Source of the DNA: a virus
Length of the DNA stretch: 53,550 bases
Virus record (IMG/VR): IMGVR_UViG_3300035542_000019
Strand: one strand, 5' to 3'
Every line of letters starts with the position of its first letter. Position 1 is the stretch's first letter. The notes beneath the pieces are model-generated. The model ran no database searches. It saw only the letters and a list, made by a program, of their open reading frames with translations, and had not been told where the DNA came from. Below, piece by piece: positions 17,891 to 26,146 of the stretch. A program made the translations under genes and the position numbers.

Positions 17891-18274
17891 GTGGATAGGA
17901 ACAAGGCGAAGGAATTTATTAGACGGTACAGCGCATGGTTCGAAGAAACGGTAGACGAACTGGAACGCGTCTATACCCTGGACAGCGACCAGGCCTACGA
18001 AGAAGCGATTAAGATTATGAAAAAGAACCACCTGTACGGGAATAAATTCAAGACCAGCGAGGAAATGGACCTACTGGCCCTTTGGTTCGCACAGCTGGCG
18101 CAGAAAACGACCTGGCGGGTAACGACGACCTTTTACAACAGCGGCCGGGTAACCGCAGCCTTTTACAGAGCAGGCGACGAACCCGGGGACTTCGGAAACT
18201 GCGACGTATACGTGGATAGCTTCAAGACAAAGCTAGAAGCGCTTTACTTCATCGACGACGCGAAGAACGCGTAA
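17891..18274 (+). CDS. Hypothetical early protein (127 aa, GTG start)
   Basis: GTG immediately after the previous TAA, with SD aaaaggggg upstream. Confidence 0.6.
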   Translation: MDRNKAKEFIRRYSAWFEETVDELERVYTLDSDQAYEEAIKIMKKNHLYGNKFKTSEEMDLLALWFAQLAQKTTWRVTTTFYNSGRVTAAFYRAGDEPGDFGNCDVYVDSFKTKLEALYFIDDAKNA

Positions 18275-18286
18275 GGGGGCTATACT

Positions 18287-18538
18287 ATGAACTTCAAGGA
18301 ATACCTGGAAACCTGTACGACGCCAAGCTTTAACGACCACCTACAGGCAGAGGGTAGGCCGACCCAAAAGGCTTACCTAGAGAAGTCGGTAAAAGAGCGC
18401 ATGGTAAAATACGCCAAGGCTAAGGGGCTGCACAGGCTGGAAGGCGACTTAAAGGCCATGGCTGCACTTACCAGCTTTATATACTTTAACGTCATATGCC
18501 GGGGCGAGGACCTGGCCGAAGAAAGGAAGGGGGCTTAA
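18287..18538 (+). CDS. Hypothetical early protein (83 aa)
   Basis: SD taaggggg 7 nt upstream. Confidence 0.6.
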   Translation: MNFKEYLETCTTPSFNDHLQAEGRPTQKAYLEKSVKERMVKYAKAKGLHRLEGDLKAMAALTSFIYFNVICRGEDLAEERKGA

Positions 18539-18540
18539 TA

Positions 18541-18885
18541 ATGAACGAAGAATACTACGACCAGCTTATGACGTATATAGCGGCAGATATAGCGGACTGT
18601 AGGGACCGCTATAAAAGCCTACAGGCTACTAAGGACGCCTGGGACGACCGCTTTAACCCTACGTCTAAGACCAGCGGCCTAACGCTGGAAGAAATGACGG
18701 ACTTACAGCAGCACTTAGTAACGCGGCAGCATAAACTTTTTATACAATGGTACCATATGAACGAAAAGCTTAGGCGGGAAGGGAAAAGCCATTACTTACC
18801 GCAGAAGGTAAGGGACGTAGGCGGGGCGCTGCTTCATGTAACTAGATATATGGACGTAATAGAAAACGAAAGGAAGGGGCTTTAA
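18541..18885 (+). CDS. Hypothetical early protein, tandem paralogue A (114 aa)
   Basis: ATG with SD aaggaaggggg. The track start at 18496 lacks an SD. About 55 percent identical by hand alignment to the next ORF. Confidence 0.65.
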   Translation: MNEEYYDQLMTYIAADIADCRDRYKSLQATKDAWDDRFNPTSKTSGLTLEEMTDLQQHLVTRQHKLFIQWYHMNEKLRREGKSHYLPQKVRDVGGALLHVTRYMDVIENERKGL

Positions 18886-19224
18886 ATGCGTGACAGTTAT
18901 TACAGCCAGCTAATGACCTATATAGCCCTGGATATTGAAGAACTACGACAGCGTTACGACAGGCTACAGCGTACCCTAGAATACTGGGACGACCGCTTTA
19001 GCCCTACTTCAAAGACCAGCGGCCTAAGTCTTGAAGAAATAGCAGACCTAAAGGCTAGCATTGAAAGCCGGCAGCATGACCTTTTTATACAGTGGTACGA
19101 AATGAACGAGAAGGCAAGGCTTGAAGGCAGACCCTTCTACCTTGCCGGAAAGGTAAGAGAACTAGGCGGCTATCTAATTAACGTAGCGAGTTATAAGGAC
19201 CTGCTAACAGAAAGGAAGGGGTAG
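18886..19224 (+). CDS. Hypothetical early protein, tandem paralogue B (112 aa)
   Basis: Shares YY.QLMTYIA.DI...R.RY..LQ.T...WDDRF.PTSKTSGL.LEE..DL.....RQH.LFIQWY.MNEK.R.EG..YL..KVR..GG with 18541-18885. Confidence 0.65.
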   Translation: MRDSYYSQLMTYIALDIEELRQRYDRLQRTLEYWDDRFSPTSKTSGLSLEEIADLKASIESRQHDLFIQWYEMNEKARLEGRPFYLAGKVRELGGYLINVASYKDLLTERKG

Positions 19225-19226
19225 TA

Positions 19227-19697
19227 ATGCACAAGATTTTAATAGGCTATTACCAGCTGGAAAAGGAAATGGAATTCGTGGACAACTGCTACGAGTGCGC
19301 GGCGTGGAATCAGACGATAAGGGTACCGGCAGGAAGGTACCCACTGTATGCACTAGGCTACCAGTACAACGAACGCGAAAGGCACTATACGAAGCAGGTA
19401 ACAGACAGCAGCGTATTTATCGAAATGCAGGGCGAGGTAGTGGCCGACGACTTTAGGGGTCGCTACTTCGGTGGTATCATAAACGGCAGCCAGCTTAACC
19501 AGCGCGTAGGGGTTACAGATATATACAGGGTGAACTTTTACGCCCACAGCCTGGCCGAGAAGCTGCTATACGGTACCGACCCGCTGCCAGGGGTAGAAGG
19601 AAAGCTGGAACTTTTACCGGAATTCGAAGCGGTGGCCCTGCCTTTTACGTACCAAGGCCAGGAACTTAAAACTTATGGAATCTTTAGAAAGGGGTAG
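19227..19697 (+). CDS. Hypothetical early protein (156 aa)
   Basis: SD aaaggaagggg upstream. No motif recognised. Confidence 0.6.
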   Translation: MHKILIGYYQLEKEMEFVDNCYECAAWNQTIRVPAGRYPLYALGYQYNERERHYTKQVTDSSVFIEMQGEVVADDFRGRYFGGIINGSQLNQRVGVTDIYRVNFYAHSLAEKLLYGTDPLPGVEGKLELLPEFEAVALPFTYQGQELKTYGIFRKG

Positions 19698-19701
19698 AAT
19701 C

Positions 19702-19950
19702 ATGGCAAAAGGAAAAAGCACAGGGGTAGAATTAGTAGCGTATAACTCTAAGATTAGCCAGGACCTTAAGGATACGCTGGAAGCACTGGTAGACGTGCTA
19801 AAGGAAGAAGGCGTAAGCGGACAGCGCGAACTACTGGAAAGAATGGTAGACGCGTACCGCCAGGCTAGGCCCGACGTATTCGAGCAGGCCGAGAAGCTGG
19901 TAGCGCTTAAGCACGAAGCCCGTAACATCGTGTACCGTAAGGACAAGTAA
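19702..19950 (+). CDS. Hypothetical early protein (82 aa)
   Basis: ATG with SD gaaagggg 7 nt upstream (internal to track ORF 19675..19950), followed by a terminator. Confidence 0.55.
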   Translation: MAKGKSTGVELVAYNSKISQDLKDTLEALVDVLKEEGVSGQRELLERMVDAYRQARPDVFEQAEKLVALKHEARNIVYRKDK

Positions 19951-19956
19951 ACAAGC

Positions 19957-19984
19957 GGGACCCGTAAAAGGGTCCTATTTTTTC
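19957..19984 (+). terminator. Rho-independent terminator closing the early orphan cluster
   Basis: ggaccc / gggtcc stem with gtaaaa loop, followed by tatttttt. Confidence 0.75.
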
Positions 19985-20011
19985 ACCCTTTTAGGTATAA
20001 AAAGGCGAATT

Positions 20012-20069
20012 TAAGAATATACTAATAAGTTATTGACGTATGGAAAATAAAGCACTATAATAGAAAATA
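20012..20069 (+). promoter_or_regulatory. Consensus SigA promoter, copy 1 of a duplicated promoter cassette
   Basis: TTGACG (20033-20038), 17-nt spacer, TATAAT (20056-20061). The flanks taagaatatactaataagttattgac and tataatagaaaata are identical to the cassette at 29158-29215. Confidence 0.8.
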
Positions 20070-20116
20070 AGCCCGCGTAGTGCGGGATAATGGAAGAAGA
20101 AAGGGGGCGCTAAACA

Positions 20117-20242
20117 GTGAAACAAACGACGGTTTTCGTATTAAAAGGCACTATCGACGACGTGGTAAAGCAGCTTAGAAGCATGACGGAAGCGGACTTC
20201 GAGGAAATGAAACAGAAAGCTTTAAGAAGAAAGGGGGCCTAG
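20117..20242 (+). CDS. Small hypothetical protein (41 aa, GTG start)
   Basis: SD aaaggggg 8 nt upstream of the GTG. Its stop overlaps the SD of the next gene. Not in the track (<60 aa). Confidence 0.4.
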   Translation: MKQTTVFVLKGTIDDVVKQLRSMTEADFEEMKQKALRRKGA

Positions 20243-20245
20243 ACG

Positions 20246-21682
20246 ATGGCGAAAATAGCTTACGTAAAAGCCTGGGGTTTATGGTCCCACTTCGAAACGG
20301 TTTTCGAGTTTAGCCCAGGCCTAACCGTGGTAACGGGGCCAAACGGCAGCGGTAAAAGTACGCTGATACGTATTATAAAATGGGTAGCCCAAGGCGAACC
20401 CAGCGGGGAAAGTTTTATTTTTAAAGTGGAAAACGACGCCGGCGAAACGGTGAAGCAGGCGGACGAGGGTAAGGCGGAAATCGGCCTGGATAACGGGGTA
20501 GTCATTACCAAGACCAGGCGGAAAGGAAAAACCACCTATACCATTAACACGGTGGCCGAACCCTTCGAGAAGGCCGAGGTACCCCAGGAAGTAAAGGAAG
20601 CCCTGGGTATTGATAAGTACAGCTTCGGGGACTTCGAAAGCTACCTTAACTACGCCTTCCAGCTGGAAGCGCCCTTCCTGCTAAGCGAAAGCCCAAGCGT
20701 AGGGGCTAAGGTACTGGGTAAGCTTGCCGGTACCGAAGCGGTGGACCTGGCTATTAGAGAAGTAGCGAAAAGGACCCACAAGACCAGGGAAGAAAAGCGA
20801 CTAGCAGACAAAGAGGTAGAACGTATTAACGGCGACCTTTTGGACTACCAGGACCTGGACGACCTTAAGCAGCAGCTTACAGCCTGCGAGTACCTGGTAG
20901 AGCAGCTGGACCAGGCGGTAGCGAGAAAAACAGACCTGGCCGCCATGGATAACACTTTTAGGCTGGCCGTGGACAAGTACGGCGAACTGGCCGAGCAGCT
21001 ACAGCACTATATGGTACTGGGCGAACTGGAAGCGGATATGGAAAACGTGGAAACCGCCCAGCGTCGCTACGATATGCTGCTGGACCTTTACGGGCAAGTA
21101 GACAGCGCGGTAAATACCATCGCGGACCTGGGGCAGCAGCTTAGCGAGTACCGGGAAGTCGAAAGCGCCGGCCTGCTTCTTACCGAAACAGAAAAGCGGG
21201 CAGCAAGACTTACGAACCTAAAGGACTTATCCACAGAGTTATCAACATATACACAGCGCATTGACGCGGCGCGCGGATACCTGGACACGGTAAAGGACCT
21301 AGACGTAGCCGCTTCGAATATGCAGTACGTCGAGAAAACAACGGAAAAGCTGGAAGCCCTAAAGACACTTCGCGGGGCCTACACTACAGCCGATACCGAA
21401 AGAAAACGCCTTACCGAGAACCTGGAAGCCTTAAAGGGTACCCAGGAAGCCGCGGAACTCTTTAGCGTGGTAGACGACAAGCTGGTAAGGCTGAACAGCC
21501 TAAAGGCCCTTAGCGACGAGGTACAAAGTAAAACGGGCCTGGCGGAAAGCTACAAGGACGACGTAAGGAAGGCCGGGGAAGCATACCTGGCAGCCGAAAA
21601 CGAACTGGCCGCAGCGTGGGAAGCAGCCGGCGGGACCTGCCCGTTATGTAATCAACCGGTAAGCGGCGACCACGCGCATTAG
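20246..21682 (+). CDS. Rad50/SbcC-type ATPase, N-terminal piece (Walker A head, coiled coil, terminal CxxC hook)
   Basis: FSPGLTVVTGPNGSGKST Walker A, then ~350 aa of heptad-rich sequence. Ends GGTCPLCNQPVSGDHAH with the CxxC at 21638-21649. Confidence 0.75.
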   Translation: MAKIAYVKAWGLWSHFETVFEFSPGLTVVTGPNGSGKSTLIRIIKWVAQGEPSGESFIFKVENDAGETVKQADEGKAEIGLDNGVVITKTRRKGKTTYTINTVAEPFEKAEVPQEVKEALGIDKYSFGDFESYLNYAFQLEAPFLLSESPSVGAKVLGKLAGTEAVDLAIREVAKRTHKTREEKRLADKEVERINGDLLDYQDLDDLKQQLTACEYLVEQLDQAVARKTDLAAMDNTFRLAVDKYGELAEQLQHYMVLGELEADMENVETAQRRYDMLLDLYGQVDSAVNTIADLGQQLSEYREVESAGLLLTETEKRAARLTNLKDLSTELSTYTQRIDAARGYLDTVKDLDVAASNMQYVEKTTEKLEALKTLRGAYTTADTERKRLTENLEALKGTQEAAELFSVVDDKLVRLNSLKALSDEVQSKTGLAESYKDDVRKAGEAYLAAENELAAAWEAAGGTCPLCNQPVSGDHAH

Positions 21683-21698
21683 AAAGGGGGCGCGGGCC

Positions 21699-22373
21699 AT
21701 GAATAACACGTACGGAACGCTAGAAGATGGTAGGGTACAGATTTTACTAACCAGGAAGAACGGGAACCCACAGGAAGCCGTCGTAATTGACGCCGAGGAC
21801 CTGCCTAGACTGCTGGCCTTTAAAGGCCACTTCTACCCGTTTACCCACCAAAAGACGGGCAAGGTATACGCCAGGGGGTACTACAAGGACCCCGAAACCG
21901 GAAAGGTGCAGCAGCCATTACTACATAGGCTAATCGCGGACCCTTCCAAGGGACAGAACACGGCGCACGTAAACGGTAATACCCTGGACTGTACCCGCGA
22001 GAACCTGCGGAACTTGTCCATAGGTAAGAATATCGAGGACGTGTTAAGGGAAGAAAAGACCTTCACGGACGGCCTTAAAGAGGTTAAGCGCAGCGGGGAT
22101 ATCGCAGCAGAAAAGGAACTGGAAGAACTGGCGACGGTGGACCCGGATACGCTTAACGATAAGCTGGACAAGCTTAAGGACCAGGGCCGGGTAGAAAAGG
22201 GCGTAAGCTTCCACAAGCTAAAGCGGCGCTGGGAAGTAAGCGCCTTCCATAAGGGCAAGCGGCACCGGCTGGGGTACTGGCCGCCGGAAGAACTTAGAAA
22301 GGCAAACGAAGCGGTACTATTCTTTAGGCGAGAGGGTCCCAGGGCCTTTAACGCCGCTTATGAAAGGGGGTAA
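21699..22373 (+). CDS. HNH-AP2 homing-endonuclease-like protein
   Basis: LHRLIADPSKGQNTAHVNGNTLDCTRENLRNL is HNH_3-like. GVSFHKLKRRWEVSAFHKGKRHRLGYWPPEELRKANEA is an AP2 DNA-binding motif. Confidence 0.7.
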   Translation: MNNTYGTLEDGRVQILLTRKNGNPQEAVVIDAEDLPRLLAFKGHFYPFTHQKTGKVYARGYYKDPETGKVQQPLLHRLIADPSKGQNTAHVNGNTLDCTRENLRNLSIGKNIEDVLREEKTFTDGLKEVKRSGDIAAEKELEELATVDPDTLNDKLDKLKDQGRVEKGVSFHKLKRRWEVSAFHKGKRHRLGYWPPEELRKANEAVLFFRREGPRAFNAAYERG

Positions 22374-22377
22374 GTAA

Positions 22378-22650
22378 ATGGACGACAAGACCTTAAAGGA
22401 ACTTAGGGAAAAGGTAGACGCTGCCGAAACGCTGAAAAAGAAAATGGAAATGCTGGACGACGTGGTAGCCAGCTGTAACGCCGAGGTAGGTTTTTTAAGC
22501 GTGACGGTAAACTACAGGAATCAGAACGAAATCAGAATGGTAGACACGTTCCCGGCTAAAGAGTTATTCGAAGCATTTAAAGACGACCTTAAGGCCGCGG
22601 CACTAAAGCATAAGGAACAGCTGGAAAAACAGTACACGAATCTAAAATAG
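22378..22650 (+). CDS. Hypothetical protein (90 aa)
   Basis: SD gaaaggggg upstream, partly coiled coil. Confidence 0.6.
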   Translation: MDDKTLKELREKVDAAETLKKKMEMLDDVVASCNAEVGFLSVTVNYRNQNEIRMVDTFPAKELFEAFKDDLKAAALKHKEQLEKQYTNLK

Positions 22651-22663
22651 CGAAAGGGGTAAC

Positions 22664-23062
22664 ATGATGAAGAAAACAGTAACGGTAATTAAAACGAACA
22701 ACTTAAAAGAGGGCCTGGCGCAGGCTGCTAGGGATATCTACGAACAGACAGGCGAGCGCTACAGCGTGGAAGAACTTCTTACAGCTATCACAGAACACGA
22801 CGACGTAGAGGACAGCGTAGACGAGGGTCGCGAAGCCGTGGGTATTGCCGGGGCATACGCGAAGGCGCATATTAGGGCCTGCGATAACTTTATGGACCAC
22901 CTAAGAAACTGCGAAGCGTGCAGGGGTGACAAAGTAAGACGCGACCACGTGCTAAGAATGAGAGAAGCAGCCCAGGACCTAGAAAGAGCGCTAGAAGCTT
23001 TCGTATACGCCGAAGTAGCGCTGGAAAACTATATTACGATGGTTAAGAAGGGGGTAAACTAA
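22664..23062 (+). CDS. Hypothetical protein (132 aa) with CxxC-x8-H motif followed by helical segment
   Basis: SD gaaagggg. Contains HLRNCEACRGDKVRRDH followed by LRMREAAQDLERALEAF. Confidence 0.6.
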   Translation: MMKKTVTVIKTNNLKEGLAQAARDIYEQTGERYSVEELLTAITEHDDVEDSVDEGREAVGIAGAYAKAHIRACDNFMDHLRNCEACRGDKVRRDHVLRMREAAQDLERALEAFVYAEVALENYITMVKKGVN

Positions 23063-23296
23063 ATGGATATTAAGAACCGTATCGAAATCGCGAAAATGAA
23101 CCTCAAGAAGGCCGAAAACCAAAAGACGATTAAGGAAACCCAGCTAGCAGCTGCCGAGAAGCAGCGCGACGAAGTGGTAGAGAAGATGGCAAAAGAAGGG
23201 GTAACACCGGAAACCGTGGGCCAGGAAGTAGAGAAGCTGGAAAGCGAAATCACGGAGAACCTAACGAAAATCGAAAACTTACTACCGAGAGTATAA
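23063..23296 (+). CDS. Coiled-coil protein (77 aa)
   Basis: SD agaaggggg. Heptad-rich, Lys/Glu-rich throughout. Confidence 0.6.
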   Translation: MDIKNRIEIAKMNLKKAENQKTIKETQLAAAEKQRDEVVEKMAKEGVTPETVGQEVEKLESEITENLTKIENLLPRV

Positions 23297-23308
23297 GGGG
23301 GTATCGAA

Positions 23309-24040
23309 ATGGGACTACAGGACCTTTTTAACAAGGGGCCGGGAAACGGCCTAGACAGGCCCACAGTCGCGGGCAGCACCCCCAGCCATACCGCAGGTAC
23401 CTACCATATCAACAAAGCGAAAATGGACGTAAAGACGGCCGCCAGGAAGGTAGCCGCGAAAGAGGGGCAGCGCGACCTACTGCTTAAGCAAAGGGCCGAA
23501 GCTGAAAAGAGGGGCGAAGCTGCCGAAAGACAGCTGGACGTATTCGATAAGGTGCTTATCCTTCTACAGCTTACCAGCGACTACGCTAGGCAGCAGATTA
23601 AGGGACGGATAGAGGAACTGGTAAGCCAGGCCCTTAACATCGTATACGGCGGCAGCCATACCTTTACCATTGACCTGGTGGTACGCAGCAACAGGCCGGA
23701 AGCCGACTACTGGCTTAACGAAAATGGGGTAGTAACCCAGCTGGTTAAGCCGGACTACGATAACGGCGGCGGGAAGATTGACGTAATCAGTCTTACCCTT
23801 CGCCTGGCCGTGGACGAACTGGTAGGCGACCAGGGGCCGTTATTCCTGGACGAAGTGGGTAAACACGTGGACGGCGAAGCAGCGGTTAACCTGGCCTACT
23901 TCCTTAAGCAGTACGCCGAGAAATTCGACAGGCAGATAACCCTTATAACCCATAACACCACGCTAGGCGAGATAGGCGACGTAAGCTACAGGGTTACGAA
24001 GGTAAATAACGAAGCCGTGATTAAGGGGGTAGAGGTATGA
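23309..24040 (+). CDS. Rad50/SbcC-type ATPase, C-terminal piece (signature, Walker B, D-loop, H-loop)
   Basis: Coiled-coil N-terminus, then DNGGGKIDVISLTLRLAV (signature-like), GPLFLDEVG (Walker B/D-loop) and ITLITHN (H-loop). Confidence 0.7.
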   Translation: MGLQDLFNKGPGNGLDRPTVAGSTPSHTAGTYHINKAKMDVKTAARKVAAKEGQRDLLLKQRAEAEKRGEAAERQLDVFDKVLILLQLTSDYARQQIKGRIEELVSQALNIVYGGSHTFTIDLVVRSNRPEADYWLNENGVVTQLVKPDYDNGGGKIDVISLTLRLAVDELVGDQGPLFLDEVGKHVDGEAAVNLAYFLKQYAEKFDRQITLITHNTTLGEIGDVSYRVTKVNNEAVIKGVEV

Positions 24041-24291
24041 AGGAAGTAAAAGGCGGACACCTAGAACCCTTTAAGCTTATGCCGGCTAAGCCTGGAAAGT
24101 GCCAGGTATGCGCTGTAGAACATGACCCGGCGCAGCCGCATAACAAGCGAAGCTTATTTTATCAATATGCCTTCTTTAACGAGTACGGACGCTGGCCTAC
24201 ATGGGCGGACGCCATGGAACACTGCGACGACGAGGTAAAGAGGGTATGGAAAGAAGCACTTGAAAAAATGGGGGTGGCCTTAATTGATTAG
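24037..24291 (+). CDS. Small Cys/His protein (84 aa)
   Basis: ATGA overlap with the upstream gene. Contains GKCQVCAVEHDPAQPH. Confidence 0.6.
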   Translation: MKEVKGGHLEPFKLMPAKPGKCQVCAVEHDPAQPHNKRSLFYQYAFFNEYGRWPTWADAMEHCDDEVKRVWKEALEKMGVALID

Positions 24292-25252
24292 ACTACTATA
24301 TACCGGGGACTGGCACATAAGAGGGACGAACCCCAGGAACCGACTAGACGACTACAAAACAGCGCTTAAAGAAAAGCTGCGCGAGATATTCGAAATTGCG
24401 ACGAAGTGGGACGCCAAGGCGATTATAGCCCCTGGCGACATATTCGACAGGCCCGAGGTAACCATAAGCGTACTGCTGGAATTCGTGACGGTCCTTAGAG
24501 AAGCGCCGGTAACCATCTACACGACACCGGGGAACCATGACCTTTACGGCTACAACGTGGAAACCTTCCAACGAAGCAGCCTTAAACTGCTGGAAATGCT
24601 GGTACCGAAACTACAGGTAATCACAGACCCCACAGAGGTAGTAACCTTCGACGGCAGCACAGCCCTAAGCTTTACGCCCTACAGCGGTAAAATGGACCTT
24701 AACGGGTACGGGTATAGCCCCGAATACGAAGGGCTGGACGATATGTATAAGATTCACGTAGCCCATGGTATGCTGCTGGACCATACGCCGCCCTTCGACA
24801 AGTTTACCTATATCCAGGACGTACAGACCAGGGCGGATATGGTGCTTACCGGCCACGACCATACAGGCTACGGCGTCTATAACCGAAAAGACGGTAAAGT
24901 ATTCTGTAACCCAGGCGCCCTTACCAGGCTGGCGGCTTCGGTAAAGGAAATGCAGCGCCAGGTACAGGTAGGCCTTATTACGGTAGACGGGAAGGAAGCG
25001 AAGGTAGAACTTATAGCACTTAATACAGCCAAGCCCGGCGAAGAAGTCCTGGACCGCAGCAGGATAGAAGCCGAGAAAGAAAGACAGTACGCCATGGATA
25101 CCTTTAGCGCACTTATGAAGGCAAAGACCGGCGACGCGGTGCTTATGGACGTTAACCAAATCGTCGAAACCATCGCCAAGCAGCAGGAAACGGCGCCGCA
25201 TATCGTAAAGGCAGCTATCGAACTTATCGACGAGCAAAGGGCCGTACTATGA
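24284..25252 (+). CDS. sbcD: Mre11/SbcD-type nuclease (calcineurin-like phosphoesterase)
   Basis: Motifs in canonical order: YTGDWHIRG, APGDIFD, TPGNHD, HVAHG, LTGHDHTG. TTG start with SD atggggg. Confidence 0.85.
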   Translation: MIRLLYTGDWHIRGTNPRNRLDDYKTALKEKLREIFEIATKWDAKAIIAPGDIFDRPEVTISVLLEFVTVLREAPVTIYTTPGNHDLYGYNVETFQRSSLKLLEMLVPKLQVITDPTEVVTFDGSTALSFTPYSGKMDLNGYGYSPEYEGLDDMYKIHVAHGMLLDHTPPFDKFTYIQDVQTRADMVLTGHDHTGYGVYNRKDGKVFCNPGALTRLAASVKEMQRQVQVGLITVDGKEAKVELIALNTAKPGEEVLDRSRIEAEKERQYAMDTFSALMKAKTGDAVLMDVNQIVETIAKQQETAPHIVKAAIELIDEQRAVL

Positions 25253-25491
25253 ATGGGGTAAACGTCAAGCTAATGGTATGGACCTGCGGCAACTGCGGAC
25301 ACGAAGAACCAATACCTAAAGACGGCAGCGTAGGCGGCCTGGTATTCGAGAAGTACAGCCGGTTCACAAGTAAGCTAGGCTGCCCGGCCTGCGGCAGCTA
25401 CACGTTACAGCAGGCTACAGACGGCAGCTTTACGGTGGGCCACTTCCTAATCGTAAAGACGAAAAACAGGATACAAGGAAAGGGGCGTTAA
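25249..25491 (+). CDS. Zinc-ribbon protein (80 aa)
   Basis: CGNCGH ... CPACGS, two CxxC pairs. ATGA overlap with sbcD. Confidence 0.6.
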   Translation: MNGVNVKLMVWTCGNCGHEEPIPKDGSVGGLVFEKYSRFTSKLGCPACGSYTLQQATDGSFTVGHFLIVKTKNRIQGKGR

Positions 25492-25492
25492 C

Positions 25493-25564
25493 ATGGACTT
25501 TAACGAAAAAGACTTCGAAGAAGTCACAGACGGCGACGTAACCATCGAATTTTTAAGCAAATAG
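25493..25564 (+). CDS. Possible 23-aa acidic peptide (MDFNEKDFEEVTDGDVTIEFLSK)
   Basis: ATG 2 nt after the previous stop, with ggaaagggg 8 nt upstream. Very short, so weak. Confidence 0.25.
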   Translation: MDFNEKDFEEVTDGDVTIEFLSK

Positions 25565-25578
25565 AAAGGGGTAGAATT

Positions 25579-26139
25579 ATGGAAAACGTGAAAATGGAAC
25601 TTGAAAAAATGGTAGAAGCATACGGGGCCGACGAGGTAAGAAAGGCCATCGAAAACCTTATGGGAAGGGTAAGCAAGCCTGTACCGGCCGAGCATATCCA
25701 GGTACTTAGCCCTAAGAGAATCGAGGACACGGTAGCGCAGCTGGACAGCGCGGTAAGCGAAGTCCTGGCAGCAGGCGACGCCCTGGACGCTGCTTACAAG
25801 AACCGCGGGGAACTGCTTAGCAGAAAAGCCCAGCTGGAAGGCGAAATTAAGCTGGAAGAAGCCCAGGCCATTATGGAGATTAGGGGCGAAGCTAGAAGCC
25901 AGTACATTATGGTAGGCGACGAAAAGGTACTACTGACTAACGACACGGCCAGGGACGCTTACCGAAGAATGGCAAGCAAGACCCAGCGCGAAGAACTGGC
26001 GGGCGTGGAAGCGCAGCTGGCGAAGCTTGACGCTGAAATCGAGCAGGCAAAGGAAAAGCGTAATACGGTAAAGGAAGCTAACGACAGTATCAGAGCCAAG
26101 GGACACGTACAGGCTGCCTTACTGAATTACCTAAGGTAG
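25579..26139 (+). CDS. Hypothetical coiled-coil protein (186 aa)
   Basis: SD gaaagggg. Long heptad regions. No catalytic motif recognised. Confidence 0.6.
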   Translation: MENVKMELEKMVEAYGADEVRKAIENLMGRVSKPVPAEHIQVLSPKRIEDTVAQLDSAVSEVLAAGDALDAAYKNRGELLSRKAQLEGEIKLEEAQAIMEIRGEARSQYIMVGDEKVLLTNDTARDAYRRMASKTQREELAGVEAQLAKLDAEIEQAKEKRNTVKEANDSIRAKGHVQAALLNYLR

Positions 26140-26146
26140 GCCGCCT

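Noticed and set aside
20072-20086. Small hairpin (cccgc gtagt gcggg) just downstream of the promoter at 20033-20061
   Set aside because: It has only a 5-bp stem. It may stabilise the mRNA 5-prime end, but it is too weak to call as a feature.
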